From positions 9,673,530-9,737,529 of the forward strand of contig CM119270.1 of assembly GCA_051294375.1 (NCBI GenBank): a DNA stretch of 64,000 bases, written 5' to 3'. Source of the stretch: Paraspadella gotoi. Its lineage: Eukaryota; Animalia; Chaetognatha. The notes under the pieces were generated by a model that was given only the letters and a program-made list of their open reading frames with translations, made no database searches and was not told the DNA's origin. Of this stretch, positions 1 to 13,880 are shown one piece after another. The position numbers were made by a program, and so were the translations under genes. Numbering within the stretch: position 1 is the stretch's first letter; every line of letters starts with the position of its first letter.

Positions 1-3000
1 ACAAGACCTGGTTTAAAATGTGCAAAGCGAAAAAATAAAATTTAAGACAATCTAAAATTAAATAATGAAAAATACAAAAACATTAGGGAAATGTTGATGT
101 ATATGTTAGACACTCGGAGCGCGAGGAACGGGAGGAAGACCGAGGATGCCGGGACGAAGATGCTTCCGACTGTCGATTAGGCGACAGGGGGGTTTTATTT
201 TTGTTTTTTTTCGTTCGTGTTGTTGTCATTACTGTAGTCTTTGACGTCGAAGCACTCGCTTGAGCACAGACAGAGTAAGTGGTGCGATAGTGATTGGCAA
301 TGCTACCGCTAGAAAGAAGTTCTCTGGCATTGGTCTTTGAAAATGCTTTTGACATCGTTATTGTGTCGTGTTTTTTCCTTTTTCATTTGTTGTTGGTTGT
401 GATTCTCCTAGTCTTCTCGCTTGTGGGGATTGATCTGGCGTTCTCGCGTGGAGGCTGAGGAGAGAGTGGAGGGAGGAAAAAACGTAAAGGGAGGGGTGGG
501 TCGGGGGGAAAGGTGGGTGGTTGGGAGTGAGAGGGGAGGAGGAGGAGGAGGAGGAACCGAGTTGGGCGAACGCTGCTCGTCTGAATATTTAACGAGTTGT
601 CCGAGTTCTTTCCTGTAGCCGGCTGCACTCGTTTGTAAAAACCGGGCTGGCCGCCCCCCCTTGGCTGGTACAATCGCTGAGATGTCCCTGATTCAACCCA
701 ATGTCTCGTCGGAACCCTACTGCTGGTTTGATGCGGCGATGTTAGCGTTTCCGGTCTAACTGACTTATTGATCGGTGACGATTCACTACACGGTAAGGTC
801 CTTCATATGGTGCTGTAGCAGTGGAAGGGTGAACGCCTGCTCTACCGACGAAAACGTGTTGAGCGGTGTCGAGGGAGATGGAATCGGTTTTTGATGAGAC
901 GGATGTCGCCGTCGCCTGGAGGCGTGCCCTTTGAAAGATTCGAAAGTTGACGTTGTACTGTTGTTGTACAGGCGTGCGTTGTCGAGATTGAAAGGTCGTA
1001 CGACGATCATCCGGGGACGCTAAGCCTATCCCCGCAAGCGCATTGTGCGCCGACTGACTAGGCGCGATCGCATGTCTTGCTTATGCTGAGATCATGGCAA
1101 TTTCCTGAAAACCATTTGTCGCGTATTTATTCTTTGCTAAGGCGAAGAGGCGATCGTTTGAGTTGCCTGTGAAAGCTGATGCTTTATTGATGCTTTAATC
1201 CCCAGTGTTTCATTCAGTTGTCATCCACAAAGCTTGAGTTGAATTGTGTTCCGCCTGTCTGTAGTGGATACAGGACGGTGTATACGCGATACACTTATAT
1301 CTCGAGGCTCAAAAAGCTCAATAGATCGGTTGGAAGTGAGGGTGGTGGAATTTGGGATGCGCCTGCCCATCTTGAAAAACAGTGTGCGTCGATTACTTTT
1401 GCCTCTGTGCATCTAGACAGTCCCTGCCCACTTTAAACATCTTGACTCGCATGTTATTCCAAACAAATTTTTGCGGAGATGGCTTTACTTGTCGCGTCAT
1501 CGCCTGGGTGCCTATCTCAGTATAGAAAGCAACAGAGTTTGAATATTTTTCTTTCGCCATGAATGAGCGGTACGAATAGACGGGCAGGTTTGTTTGAAGG
1601 TTCTGACCTTGCTTCTTTCCTGATTCTTTGGTAATTGGGTCGAGAACTTGTTCTTGAGCATTTTGCTCAAAATTGGTTCAAATATTTAGCGATGCAATTA
1701 CCGCCTGAGTGTCTTCGAGTCGATTAGTTTATCGATTTTCTTTCAGAGTTTCCAGTATTTTTTGAATTCCGTCGTTTTCCATCGATCGTATCCCATTGCG
1801 ATGTAATCTTTTTCTTTCCGCTTTGTCATCGTCCTCGCATCTGAGGCGTCATCATGATATTGACCCTGCTGTAGCTGCCGCTGCGCCGCTGCTGCTACTG
1901 ACGGGGAATCTGTCACCGTAGTGATGCTATCGCTGCTGCTGGCGCTGCTGAGGCTGCTGACTAGGCCATCAATTTTGTCGCTGTCGTCATTATCGACGTC
2001 GTCGACGATCTGGTGTTGATGACGTTATTGACGGTTTGTTGGCGCCGATTTGACGTTTGAGTTTGGCCGGAGAGGCGTCGGCCACAATATTGGCCTTGAC
2101 TCTTTAAATAACCACGTCTGTCTAAACTCAAGCAATCATGAGAGCTGATACAACTGACGAAGGGTCTGAGACTCTGCTTTTTCGAATCGCCGTCACCAGG
2201 GCTTTGGTGATCCGTATACAAGGTAAATGATCACTTCGACCAGTGCCTGATTGGCGGACAGCTTTGAAGGCGCCAAAAAGTCTTACGAACGGAGGCCATA
2301 AGCGTTGGTTTTTGCGAGCTTGGCAGAAAAAGGCCAGAGGCTTCCATCCCTTTGGGCGTCTTTGCTCCAGTACTGCTCCAACGGCCAAATCTGAGGCATC
2401 CGTTGTGATCAAAGTTTGCTCTTGGTTCTAGGATGATGAAGTCATGCGCTTGGATCTGAACGCTGTTCACAGTCGTTTGTCAGTCCAGTTTTTTTGGCTT
2501 GCCACTGAGGGCCTCGTACAAGGGAGCGCATCTGTGGGCGACTCTGGGGATAAACGCCTGTAGTAATTTATCATCCCCAGAAATCTCTGCAGTTCCTTAT
2601 CGTCGGGGTCGAGCAGTTCCTGTAGCTTGAACGCATTCTGGAAGCGGCCTCACTCCGGTGTTATCGCCGCTCCTTCTCTTTCTTCTCCTCCCCTCCACCT
2701 CCTCCCTCACTGACCCAGCCCCAAGTCCCCCACCTCTCCCCACCCACCATCCCCCTTTTACGTTTTTGCTCCCTCCTTCCTCTTCTCTACAGCTTCCACG
2801 CGAGAACGGGTCCGAACGAAGAAGAAAAGAGCAAAAAGAACAACAACAACATGAAAAAGATGGGAATGAGCCAACGATGGACAAACCAGCCACAATAGTA
2901 ATAGCCCAATAGTAATCGACCAGCCTACTCAGTCGACCTCAAAGAGATGTTGAAGAGACAAAAGAAGTTCAATGACAACAACAACATTGACCTAATCGAA

Positions 3001-6000
3001 GTTGAGCTTCTTCTCCGGCATCTCGGTTCTTCCTTTCCCGTCTCGTGCTCCAACTGTCATTGTTACACTTATTATATAAAGTATTTATGTATTTGGTATT
3101 TTTTTGATTTGTAATTTTGGTATTTTTCATTTTGAAACGTTTTTGCATGTTTAAACCGTACAGAGACTGGTTGTGAATATATTGTATTTAGTAGCATTAC
3201 TATATTATTTATCAACATTCTGTTCATCACTCGAGATAGACGACAACAATTATTTTGTTCTAATATTAAGACCATATATTATAACAGGGGGCATGGAGCC
3301 GCTCGAGTGAATCAAATCTATTACAGAAATAATTTCCACTATGCTGACATCTACTGAAGCTCTGGACGACCTGATACACTCAGAGTCCAGACGGCCCTGA
3401 TTCTCAGAGAATCTAAACCTATTAAACTTTAAAACAAATGGGCCAAGCAGCTTTGGTGAACGAGCAACTGTTTTAAGAAAAACAAAAGATTCCAAATCGC
3501 ATTTAAGCCTTAAATAAAACAAAATCACTGGAGAATCAGGGGCGTCTGAGTGGCCCAGAGCTGTAGCTCGAGTCCTCAGAATTGAGTTGATTGGTTCAAA
3601 TCCACCATGGATGAATTAGTTCTATAAAAGATCTATTCGCTCAAGTGGCCACATGCCCCCCTGTGTAATATATGGTTAATATCATTAAAACAAAAATGTT
3701 GTCGTCCATCTTGTGTGACTGAAAGTATGTTGATAATAAATATATTGAAAATATATAATATATACAAAGACCGGTTTAAAATGTGCACGAAAATAAAATT
3801 TCACAAAATCTTAAAATTGAAAAATTGAAAAATAAAAAAACATTATGTAACAATGTAATATTGACAGTCGGAGCGAGGAGACGGAGGAGACCGAGGATGC
3901 CGGGACGAAGATGCTCCGACTGTCGATAAGTCGACAGGGGGTTTTATTTTTGTTTTTTTCGTCGTTGTTGTTGTTCATTCTGTATTTGACGTGAAGCATC
4001 TCTTGAGCACGACAGAGTAAGGTCGATTAGTGATGGCATCCTGCTAGAAAAAGTTCTCTGGCATGGGTTTTGAATCTTTGATCGTTTGTTCGTTTTTCCT
4101 TTTTCGTTGTTGTTGTTGTGATCTCCTCTTCTCGCATTATGGGTTGACTCGTCTCGGTGGAGGCTGGGAGAGAGGGAGGAGGAAAAACGTAAGGGAGGAG
4201 GGTGGTCGGGGGAAGGTGGGGTATTGGGAGTGAAGGGGGAAGGAGGAGAGGAGAACGGTTTGGGCGACGCTGCGTTGAATATTTAACGAGTTTGTCGAGT
4301 TCTTTCTGCGGCGTCCTTGGTTTGGGCCGCTGGCGGCCTGCTGGGCATCGCTGTGGATGTCCCTGATCAACTCCAATGTCTCGTCGAAACCCACGCTGGT
4401 TTGATGCGGGCGATGTTTAGCGTTCGCGGCTTACTTGGGATTTTGATGGTGACGATTCACTACACGGTAAGGTCCTTCATATAGGTGCGTAAGTGGAGGG
4501 TGAACGCCTTGCTGCCTGACGAAAACGTGTTGAGCGTGTCGGGAGATGGATAACGGGTTTTTGATGAGCGGATGTCGCCGTCGGCTGGAGGCGTGCCACT
4601 TTGACTAAGATTCGAAAGTTGACGTTGTCACTGTTTGTAAGGCTGCGATTGTCCGAGTTGAAAAGTCGTCGACGATGCATCCGGGACGCTAAAGCCTTCC
4701 CGAGGACCATGTCCGCGCTGACGCGCCGATGTCTTCTTATCGCTAGAGAGTCATTCGGCAATTTCCAAACCATTTTGTCTCGATTTTTCTTTGCTAAGGC
4801 GATGACGCGCTTCTTGGTGCCTGTGAAACTGATGCTTTATGAGCTTTACCCCCAGTGTTTCATCAGTTGTCTCACAAGCTGAGTTGAATGTGTTCCCTGT
4901 CTGTAGTGATACAGACGGTGTACCGAATACACTATCCACTCGAGGTCAAAGCGTCTAATGATCGTTGAAGTGAGGGTGTTGGGATCTGGGATGGCAGCGC
5001 ATCTTGAAAACGTGGCGCATACTTTTGCCCTCTGGCAATCTAGGACAGTCCCTGGCCCCATTTGAAACATCTTGGACGCCTGTTATTCCAAAAAATTTTG
5101 CGGAGATGGCTTTTCTGTCGCGCCAGGCCTGGGGTGCCCTAATCCATGTATAACGTGGAATATTTTCTTCGCCATGACGCCGGTACGAATAGACGGGAGG
5201 TTTTGTTTGAAGGTCTACTTGCTCTTCCGTGATTCTTGGTAATCTGGGCGAGAACTTGTTCTTAGCCATTTGCTCAAAATTGTTTCGAAACTATTTAGCG
5301 ATGCAATTACCGCCTGAGTGTCTTCGCGTCGATTTAGTATCGATTTTTTCTTTTCCGAGTTTTCCCAGATTTTTTTGAATTCGCGTTTTCCATCGATCGT
5401 ATCCATTGCCGATGTTAAATTCTCTTTCTTTCCGCGTTGTCACGTCCGTAATCTGGGCGTCACATTGATATTGACCCTGCGTAGCTGCGGCTGGGCGCGG
5501 CCTGCTGTACTGACGGGTGAATCGTTCAACCGTTATGATGCTATCGCTGCTGCTGGCGCTGCTGAGGCTGTTGACAAGGCCATTCATTTGTCGCTGTCGT
5601 CATATCGACGTCGTCGACGATCTGGTGTTTGAGACTGTTATTGACGCGTTTTGTGGCGCCGAATTTTGACGTTGAGTTGGCCGGCGAGAGGGGCGTCGGC
5701 CACAATATTGGCCTTACTCTTTAATACGCACGTCTGTCTAACTCAGCAATCACTGGAGACTGATACGATGACGAACGGTCTGAGACTCTGCTTTCTTTCG
5801 AATCGCCGTCACCAGCTTTGGTGATCCGTATACAAGGTAAATGATCTACTTCGACCCAGTGCCTGATATGGCGGAAGCTTTGAAGCGCCAAAAAGTTCTT
5901 TATCGAATGGAGGCATAAGCGTTGGTTTTTGGCGAGCTTGGCCAAGAAAAAGGCAGAGGCTTCCAATTTTTGGGCGTCTTTTGCTCAGTACTGCTCCAAC

Positions 6001-9000
6001 GGCCAAATCTGAGGCATCCGTTGTGATGCAAGTTTTGCTCCGGTTCTAGGATGATGAAGTCATGCCGCTTGGTCTGAAACGCTTGTTCACAGTCGTTTGT
6101 CCAGTCCAGGTTTTTGCTTGCCACTGAGGCCTCGTACAAGGGTCGCATCTGTGGGCGACTCTGGGATAAAACGCTGTATAATTTATTATCCCCAGAAATC
6201 TCTGCAGTTCCTTATCGTCGTGGGTCGAGCAGTTTCCTGTAGCATTTGAACGCATTCGGAAGCGGCCTCACTCCGTTGTTATCGCCCGCTCCTTTCTCTT
6301 TCTTCTCCTCCTCCTCCACCTCCTCCCTCACTGACCCAGCCCCAAGCCCCCACCCCTCCCCCACCCACCATCCCCTTTTACGTTTTTTGCTCCCTCCTCC
6401 TCTTCTCTACAGCTTCCACGCGAGACGGTCCGAACGAAGAAGAAAAGAGCAAAAGAACAACAACAACAATGAAAAAGATGGAATGAGCCAACGATGACAA
6501 CAAGCCACAATAGTATAGCCCAATAATAATCGACCAGCCTACTCAGTCGACCTCAAAGAGATGTTGAAGAGACAAAAGAAGTTCAATGACAACACAACAT
6601 TGAATAAATAAAACCCCCCTGTTTGACCTAATCGACAGTTGGAGCTTCTTCTCCGGCATCCTCGTTTCCTCCGTCTCCGTGCTCAACTGTCAATTGTACA
6701 CTATTATATAAGATTTTATGTATTTGGTATTTTTGAATTTTTGTATTTTTGTATTTTTCATTTTTGAAACGTTTTGCATGTTTAAAACGGTACAGAGACC
6801 TGGTTGTGAATATTATTGTATTTAGTAGATCACTATATTATTTATCAACATCTGTCATCATCGCGATAGACGACAACATGAGTCTTATAGTTTACTATTG
6901 AGAACTGCTACATGACGTCAATACTGCATAGTGGTCTGCAACGTTCGATAGTGAATCAAACTATTAACCAGAATTATTCCTCCACTTATGATCGAACCAT
7001 CGAAACTTCAAGCTCTGGACGGACCGTGGTTAACAAACTCCAGAAGCCACCAGACGCCCTGATTCTCAAGAATCTAACCTAATTTTAAAACTTTAAAAAC
7101 AAATGGCGCCAAACTTTTTGGTGTAGTGTTGGGTTAAACAGAAAGGGAACTGTTTTAAGAAAAACAAAGATCCCAAAATCGAGATTTAAACTTTAAATAA
7201 AAACAAAATCACTGAGAAATCAGGGCCGTCTGAGTGCCCAGAGCTGTAGCTCGAGTCACTCAGACCTTGATTTGATGGTGTCAAATCCAACCATTGGATG
7301 ATTAGTTCTGTAAAGAAATCTGATTCGCTCAAGGTGCACATTGCCCCCTGTATGTAAGTTGTTAATATATTTAAACAAATTGTTTCGTCCATTTGTGTGA
7401 CTGAAGTTAGTTGATAATAAATATATTGAATTACCTATACGTAATATATACACGATCCGGTTTTTAAAATGTGCACCGAAAAATAAATCATAACTTAAAA
7501 TTGAAAAATTGGCAAATACATAAAACATTATGGGTAACGCATGAAATTGACGTCGGACGCGAGGAGACGGAGGAAGACCAGAGCAGATTGCCGGGACGAA
7601 GATGCTTCCTGCTGTCGATATAGGTCGAAGGGGGGTTTTGCCTCCCTGCATTTTTTGTTTTTTTCGTCTTGTCTGTTGTTCACGTCATCTGTATTTGACG
7701 TCGAAGCATCTCCTTAGCACGGACAGGGAGTAAGTGGGGTCGATTAGTGATTTGGCATCTGCTAGAAAGTTCGCTGGCATTGGTTTGAAAATCTTTGATC
7801 GTTTGTTCGTTTTTCCTTTTTCGTTGTTGTTGTTGTGATTCTCTCTTCTCGCTCTGGGGATTGACTGTCTTCGCGTGGAGGCTGAGAGAGAGGAGGGGAG
7901 AAAAAACACGTAAAGGGAGGAGGGTGGGTCCGGGGACAAGGTGGTGGTGGGATGGTCTTTGAGAGGGAAGGAGGAGGAGGAGGAACCGGTTGGGGACGCT
8001 GCTCGTTGAATATTTAAACGATTGTCGAGTCTCTTCTCGCGTCCTTGTTTGTAGGGCGGGCTGGCGGCCAGCTGGGCTCGCTGAGGATGTCGCTGATCAA
8101 CTCAATGTTCTCGTCGGAAACCACGCATGGTTTGATGCGGGCGAGTTTAGCGTTTCGCGGGCTTTACTGGATTTTTGGATGGTGACGATTCACTCACGTA
8201 AGGTCCTTCATATGGTGCTGGAATTGTGGAGGTGAAACGCCTGCTCGCCTGAGCGAAAACGTGGATAACGGGGTTTTGATTGAGCGGATGTCGCCGTCGG
8301 CGGAGGCGTTGCCACTTTGACTAAGATTCGAAAGTTGACGTTGTCACTGTTGTGTAAGGCTGCGTTGTCGAGTTTGAAAGTCGTCGACGATGCATCCGGC
8401 GCTAAAGCCTTCCCCGAAGACCATGTGCGCCGCTGACGCGCCGATGTCTTCTTATCCTACGAAGGTCATCGGCATATTTCCTCAAATCCATTTGTTCTGA
8501 TTATTCCTTTGCTAAGGCGGGATTGAGCGAATTCTTTGAGTGCCTTGTTGAAACCTGATCTATATGATGCCTTTTATCTCCCTAGGCTCTTTTCAATCAG
8601 TTGTCCCACCATAAAAGCTGAGTTTGCAATGTTTCCCCTGTCTGTCATAGTGATCATCACTATCCTAGATTTGAACCAGACGGCCCTAAATCGTACGAAT
8701 ACACTCTACATATGCTCATCGAGGGCTACCATCTACAGTCGTTCTTAAGCTCGCTCGCATACTCAGTTCTGCGACCGGTGTAGGGTCCACATTGATTGGC
8801 AGCTCTAGGCCCAGCCGGCCATTCTTGACAACGGTGGCCGCTCCTCATTACAACCTTTTCCGATCCCTTACTGGCTCAATCATCAACACTGGTCCCTGCG
8901 AATCCACTTTGAGTAGCATATCCTGACGTCTGTTATTCCAAAACAATTTGCGGACGATGGCCTTTTGCTTCTGACTCATCCATCGGCTGGGTCGCCAGAT

Positions 9001-9826
9001 AATTCCTGTTATCAACGTTGAATATTTTTCTTACGCTCACACTGACCTGCACGCTAATCGACGCTACATTGAATGCACGAGTGTGCAGGTTCTCGTTTGC
9101 ATATAGTTGCACCTCTTCTTCTCCGCGATTCCTCTGGGTTAATCGTTGGGCGCCTTGGTCATTGACGCCATTTCGCTCAAATTGTTTCGAAACTATTTAG
9201 CGATACTCGCTGTCAACCACTGCCTTTACCCTCGCCTGTACGTGATCATCGAGCTCGTATTGTACTATTCTTTATCCGATATTTAGTTCTTATTCCTCGA
9301 GTTTTCCCGATCTTTCTGAAATTCTCGTCTGACTTTTTCGATGAAGGTTCGTTATCCCATTGCCGATAGCTCAAATTCTCTTCTTTCGCGTAGCATCGTC
9401 TCTCTGTCGACATGCTGTAAGTCCGCTCTATCAGTTGTATATGAACATCCTTGGATAGTCAGCTGCCGCTGGTCGCGCTAGTGACTCCAGACCGTTGATC
9501 ATCTGTCTGCCGTTTAGTGATGCTATCGCTGCTGCTGGCCTGCTGAGGCTGCTGCCGAGGCATCAATTTTGTCACTGTCGTCCTTTTATCGAACGTCATC
9601 GACGATTTGTGTTTGATGACGTTTATGACGTTTTGTGGTGGCGCCGAATGACGTTGAGTTTGGCCGCGAAAGGGCGCGGCCACAATATTGCCCTTACTCT
9701 TTCAATAACGCACGTCTGTCTTAAACTCAGCAATCACTGAGAGCTTGATACGACTGCCACCGGGGAACGGTCTGAGACTACTGCTTTCTTTCGATCGCCG
9801 TCACCAGGCTTTGGTGATCCGTATAC
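1..9826 (-). mobile_element. Tandem array (period about 3.7 kb, 2.6 units visible) of degraded Ty3/Gypsy 3' halves (RT end, RNase H, integrase, 3' region, PPT, LTR), each joined to an inverted 3' end of a related element
   Basis: Frameshifted fragments TTDASDLAVGAVLEQ, WKPLAFF, FTLYTDHQ, KELQRFLGIINY and GPY recur. A landmark sequence (ccgaggatgccgggacgaagatgc) recurs near 140, 3890 and 7580. Confidence 0.85.
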
Positions 9827-9926
9827 NNNNNNNNNNNNNNNNNNNNNNNNNNNNNNNNNNNNNNNNNNNNNNNNNNNNNNNNNNNNNNNNNNNNNNNNNN
9901 NNNNNNNNNNNNNNNNNNNNNNNNNN

Positions 9927-10995
9927 GCGCGTTGAATATTTGAACGAGTTGTCCGAGTTGTTTCTGACGGCGTCCTCGTCGAAAACCCATGCTGGTTTGA
10001 CGCAGGCGATGTTTAGCGTTTCGCGGCCTTTACTTGGGATTTTGATGGTGACGTTGTGATTCACTACACGGTAAGGTCCTTCATATGACGAAAACGTGTT
10101 GAGCGGTGTCGAGATTGGTCGGGAGATGCCACTGAGGGCCTTGTACAAGGGAGCGCATCTGTGGGCGACTCTGGGGATGAAACGCCTGTTCCTTTATCAT
10201 CGTGGGTCGAGCTGTTTCCTGTAGCGTTTGAACGCGTTCTGGAAGCGGCCTCATTCCGTTCTTATCGACTAAGAACCCTAGGAACTCCAGAGAGTCCTGG
10301 CCCAACAGACACTTTTTCGTGTTTACCACGAGACCATTTGCATCGAGGGCCTTGAAAATGCGGTCAAGATCCTGAAGATGTTCTTCTGGCGTTGTCAAGG
10401 CGACGAGGATATCGTCGAGGTAAACAAAAGTATGGGGTATGTCTCCCAGGACTTCGTCCATAAGTCCGGCGTTTTTGAGGCCGAACGGACAGCGGGGAAA
10501 AACATACAACCCAAAAGGCGTAATGACGGCGGTTTTTTTCAAGTCTTCTGGATTCAGAGGGATTTGGTGATATCCATTTAATAGATCTATTTTAGAAAAA
10601 ATAGTCTTTCCTTCCAACTGTGAATTAAAGTCGGTTAACAACTTCACTGGGTATCTGTCGTCGCAGCACCGCCAACCCCGTCTGGTTTTGAAACTACATG
10701 CAGCGGCAAGGACCATTCGGATTTTCCTCGCTTGGCGACGGCCAGCTTCTCCGGATCGAGGCGGCGGACCTGTGCTTGACAAGGCCTTTCTTCCGTTGGT
10801 ATCGAGTGTGTAACCCCGTGCTTGGGTTCCTTCAACTCGAAGGTTGGCGTCGATAATGATGGATAAGACTCGAGGAGTTTATAATTTCGTTCTCCTTGCC
10901 GATCTACAAAACTGACATGTGACGAGGGTTCTGACGCGGTGGACGCCGCGATGGTCGAGTAGTCGCGGAGGTCGAGCAACAAACCATCTCGATGA
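9927..10995 (-). mobile_element. Ty3/Gypsy (CsRn1-like) pol fragment with reverse transcriptase and an internal deletion fusing the RT end to the integrase C-terminus
   Basis: IFSKIDLLNGYHQIP..KTAVITPFGLY..PFGLKNA..FVYLDDILVA..LEFLGF, upstream HGVTHSIPT..RRLDPEKL and downstream YEGPYRVV. Several deletions, so it is non-functional. Confidence 0.92.
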
Positions 10996-11007
10996 TTTGG
11001 AGCCAGT

Positions 11008-11136
11008 CATAATTAATCATAATTCGATGTTCTGACATGATATAAGTTAGTGCCCGACAATATTGAGGGGGCGGACCGACGGACCGACAAAGTGAATTAT
11101 AGAGTCGGGATCTGCTGATAAGCAGATCCGACTAAA
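11008..11136 (-). mobile_element. 5' fragment of DINE-1-like Helentron non-autonomous element (family A)
   Basis: Reverse complement of 14107-14231 with about 6 mismatches, including the hairpin agtcggatctgc-ttatca-gcagatccgact. Confidence 0.75.
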
Positions 11137-11444
11137 AACTATTCTGCTTAATCACCTAACACAACGAAAAGAAAGATAAAACACAAAGTAAATAATTAAA
11201 ATAGTTTATAAAATAGTAATTAAAATTAAAAACACCACATTTTATATTTAAATATTTAATCATTTTTAAAACTCTTTTTGAAAATTTTACAATTTTAAAA
11301 ACCTAATGTTTCAAAATTTACCTTGTAAAATTTATAAATTTTTACAATCTTACTATTTCGTTATCATCCCAGGAAATGAACAAGTCATTTGTCTCATCAG
11401 ATCCATTTTTCAGTTTTACATTTCTTTCTATTCTAGAATTTTAC

Positions 11445-11619
11445 CGTTTGACGTTCAAGAGCGTCATCGTCTCCGACAGCTGATCCTCGGCCTCCTTGAG
11501 ACGCGCCTTCTTCGGGGCGACGACCTTGGCCACTCGGTCGTAGATCTCCATGGCGATCACCCACTTGCAGAGCCCCTCCGCAGCCGACGAGGCTTTCGAG
11601 ATTTTCACAGGGTCAAACT
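11445..11619 (-). CDS. DNAH12: Dynein MTBD/CC2 exon: (E)FDPVKISKASSAAEGLCKWVIAMEIYDRVAKVVAPKKARLKEAEDQLSETMTLLNVK(R)
   Basis: gtgcag acceptor and gtaaaa donor, 175 nt, phase 1->2. ASxAAEGLCKWVxAMxxYDRVAKVVAPKK motif. Confidence 0.96.
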
Positions 11620-12427
11620 CTGCACAAAGGGAAATAGGAAAATGGGCGATTGGGGTTTGAGTTATGGTAGAGGCAGCAGGTAGGGGTTAGGGAAAGAGCT
11701 TGGGAACTTAGTTTAGACAGAGCAGAGCAATGTTAGAGACTCAAAAAGGTTTAACCGTTTAATGTGAACGGAAAACAATTACGTTTAGACTGAGAAGAGG
11801 TATATTTAAGACTGTCTTAACAAAGAAATATTATCTTTCTACACCACCGCACATTGTTGATTGGTTGATTATATTCTATGGGCATGAAGGGAATGAAATA
11901 GTTTATTTCGAATTTAAGAACATGGAAACCGTTATCCATGAAAAAATGAGAAAAGGACAGAACAAGTAAAGAGCAAAGGCACATATAAATAGAAGAACAA
12001 AAGGAGTAATGCCTTCAGGAAAAAAATAATTTAAACGAGTAAGCATTATTATGCTTCAACAGATATATATAAACATTGAAGCGGGTTTTATTAAATTACG
12101 TATAGTCTATCAATTAAGTTGGATTAATTGAATGATTACTAAAAATCGAAAAAAAAATTACACCAACTCGTTTAGCTGATATTTACCGACTGAGGAGTTC
12201 AGTGTCGAGTTTCATGCAAAATAAATTTAAGTAAACATTAAACGTAAACATGGAGACATTAGTTCATACCAAATTTTTTCCATAATCTTTCCACTTTTTT
12301 GAAATATTTTCTTGCCTCTAATCTTATCTGCTGTCTCAAATGACTTCCGATAGGCGTTTAAATCTATAGCAAATTTATACGCAACAATGAGCATGCTTGA
12401 AATAAAATTGCAATCGCTTTTGAAGAC

Positions 12428-12563
12428 CTGAATTGCTGACATATTCCTTTCTGATTTTCTGCATAATTCCCGGGTGGATGTCGTCTTTATCATATTCGCG
12501 CAGCGATTGAAGAAAGTTCATTTCGCTCATCATCTTCTTCGCTGGTCCCCAGAAATCCAGAAT
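12428..12563 (-). CDS. DNAH12: Dynein MTBD exon: ILDFWGPAKKMMSEMNFLQSLREYDKDDIHPGIMQKIRKEYVSNS
   Basis: ttcaag acceptor and CAG|gtcttc donor, 136 nt, phase 0->1. DxWGPxKK and FLxxLxEYDKD motifs. Confidence 0.92.
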
Positions 12564-13289
12564 CTTGAATAAAATGTGAAAATTGAATCGTAAAAACTGC
12601 TACTAGCATCACGAAATAGTTCGCGTTCAATGATTGACGTTACAATCTATTATCTATTATCCGAACAATCCTCTTTCTACTAAAGTTACGACTACAATAC
12701 ACAAAATTGATAACAATTTTTACTAACGAAGAAACGAAAAACTAACTAGTTCAATTTTCAAAACGATAAATTATACAGTAAAAGAGCGCGAAGCAATCAG
12801 TGTGTTCATTAAAGCAATCCGCAGTATTTGATGAATATTTTTAAAAATTTGTTAAAAATGAAACATTTGCAGAATGGAATAATGAAACCTGAAGTTAAAC
12901 ATATCGTTTGTATATACTTTACCATCTGTATTTGACACAGTTTAAACAGGGATAGTAATTATGACATTTAGGCGACAGTAAAGAAAAGCAAAAGCGAAAT
13001 TGTTAAACGATCTTAGTATAACCTTGCAATTGTCAGATATGTAATAAAACCTCTGTTTTTTATCTTATGAACCATACATAACTTGTTTAGTTTCGAAAAA
13101 TTGTATCAAAGGTTAAACTTTCTATGTCTCGATTAGAACGTAACCACTAACCACTTACCATGACTTGCTCATTTTCCTTTGGTAAGCGTCAGCGTTAATT
13201 AGAAAACAAACACTTCGTGAAACTCTTGTAAACTATTTTGTTGCATTGTATTGTGTTCCTCTCATTTCTAAATCTCGCCGATCCTGCCC

Positions 13290-13750
13290 TCTCATTTTTC
13301 CCTTTTTTTTCTCTTCCCAGTATTTTCCTTCCCTTCCATTCCCAACCCGTTCCTTCCTTTTCTTTCCATTCTCTTTCCTTTCATTCCTTCACCCATTCCT
13401 CCCTTTCCCTCCTTTTTTCCTTTTCTCTTAGCTTTTCCTTTCCCTTTCCCTTTCCCTAACCCATTCTTCCCTTTTCCTTCTTTTTTCCTTTCCCAGACTT
13501 TTTTTTCCATTTCTTCCCTTCCCTCACGTTTCCTTTTGCTTTAACTTTCCCTTTCCCTTAGCTTTTCCTTTCCCTTTCCATTTCCATTTCCCTTTCCCTT
13601 TCCCTAACCCATTCTTCCCTTTCCCTTCTTTTTTCCTTTCCCAGACTTTTTCTTCCATTTCTTCCCTTCCCTCACGTTTCCTTTTTCCTTAACTTTCCTT
13701 TTCAATTAGCTTTTCCTTTCCCTTTCCCTTTCCATTTCCCTTTCCCTTTA
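13290..13750. repeat. Polypyrimidine tract with (TTTCCC)n and a roughly 140-bp higher-order duplication
   Basis: ttagcttttcctttccctttccc recurs at about 13428, 13558 and 13706. It abuts the donor of exon 13752-13880. Confidence 0.9.
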
Positions 13751-13751
13751 C

Positions 13752-13880
13752 CCGTCCCGTCGCATTTGGGTCCGGAATTCTCTCAGGTTTGACTTCCTTC
13801 ATAACACACACAGCAGCCAGCACCAACTTCACACCAGCTGGAGGGTTTTTCATCGATTTTATGATGGTGATGTCAGATGG
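13752..13880 (-). CDS. DNAH12: Dynein microtubule-binding domain exon: PSDITIIKSMKNPPAGVKLVLAAVCVMKEVKPERIPDPNATGR
   Basis: tttaag acceptor and gtaaag donor, 129 nt, phase 0->0. DITxxKSMxNPPxGVKLV motif plus the axonemal flap segment. Confidence 0.95.

Noticed and set aside
2670-3700. Inverted repeat as a missed-adapter long-read artefact
   Set aside because: The inverted arm is consistently diverged from the forward arm yet nearly identical between units (2670-3250 versus 6290-6880), so it derives from a distinct related element.
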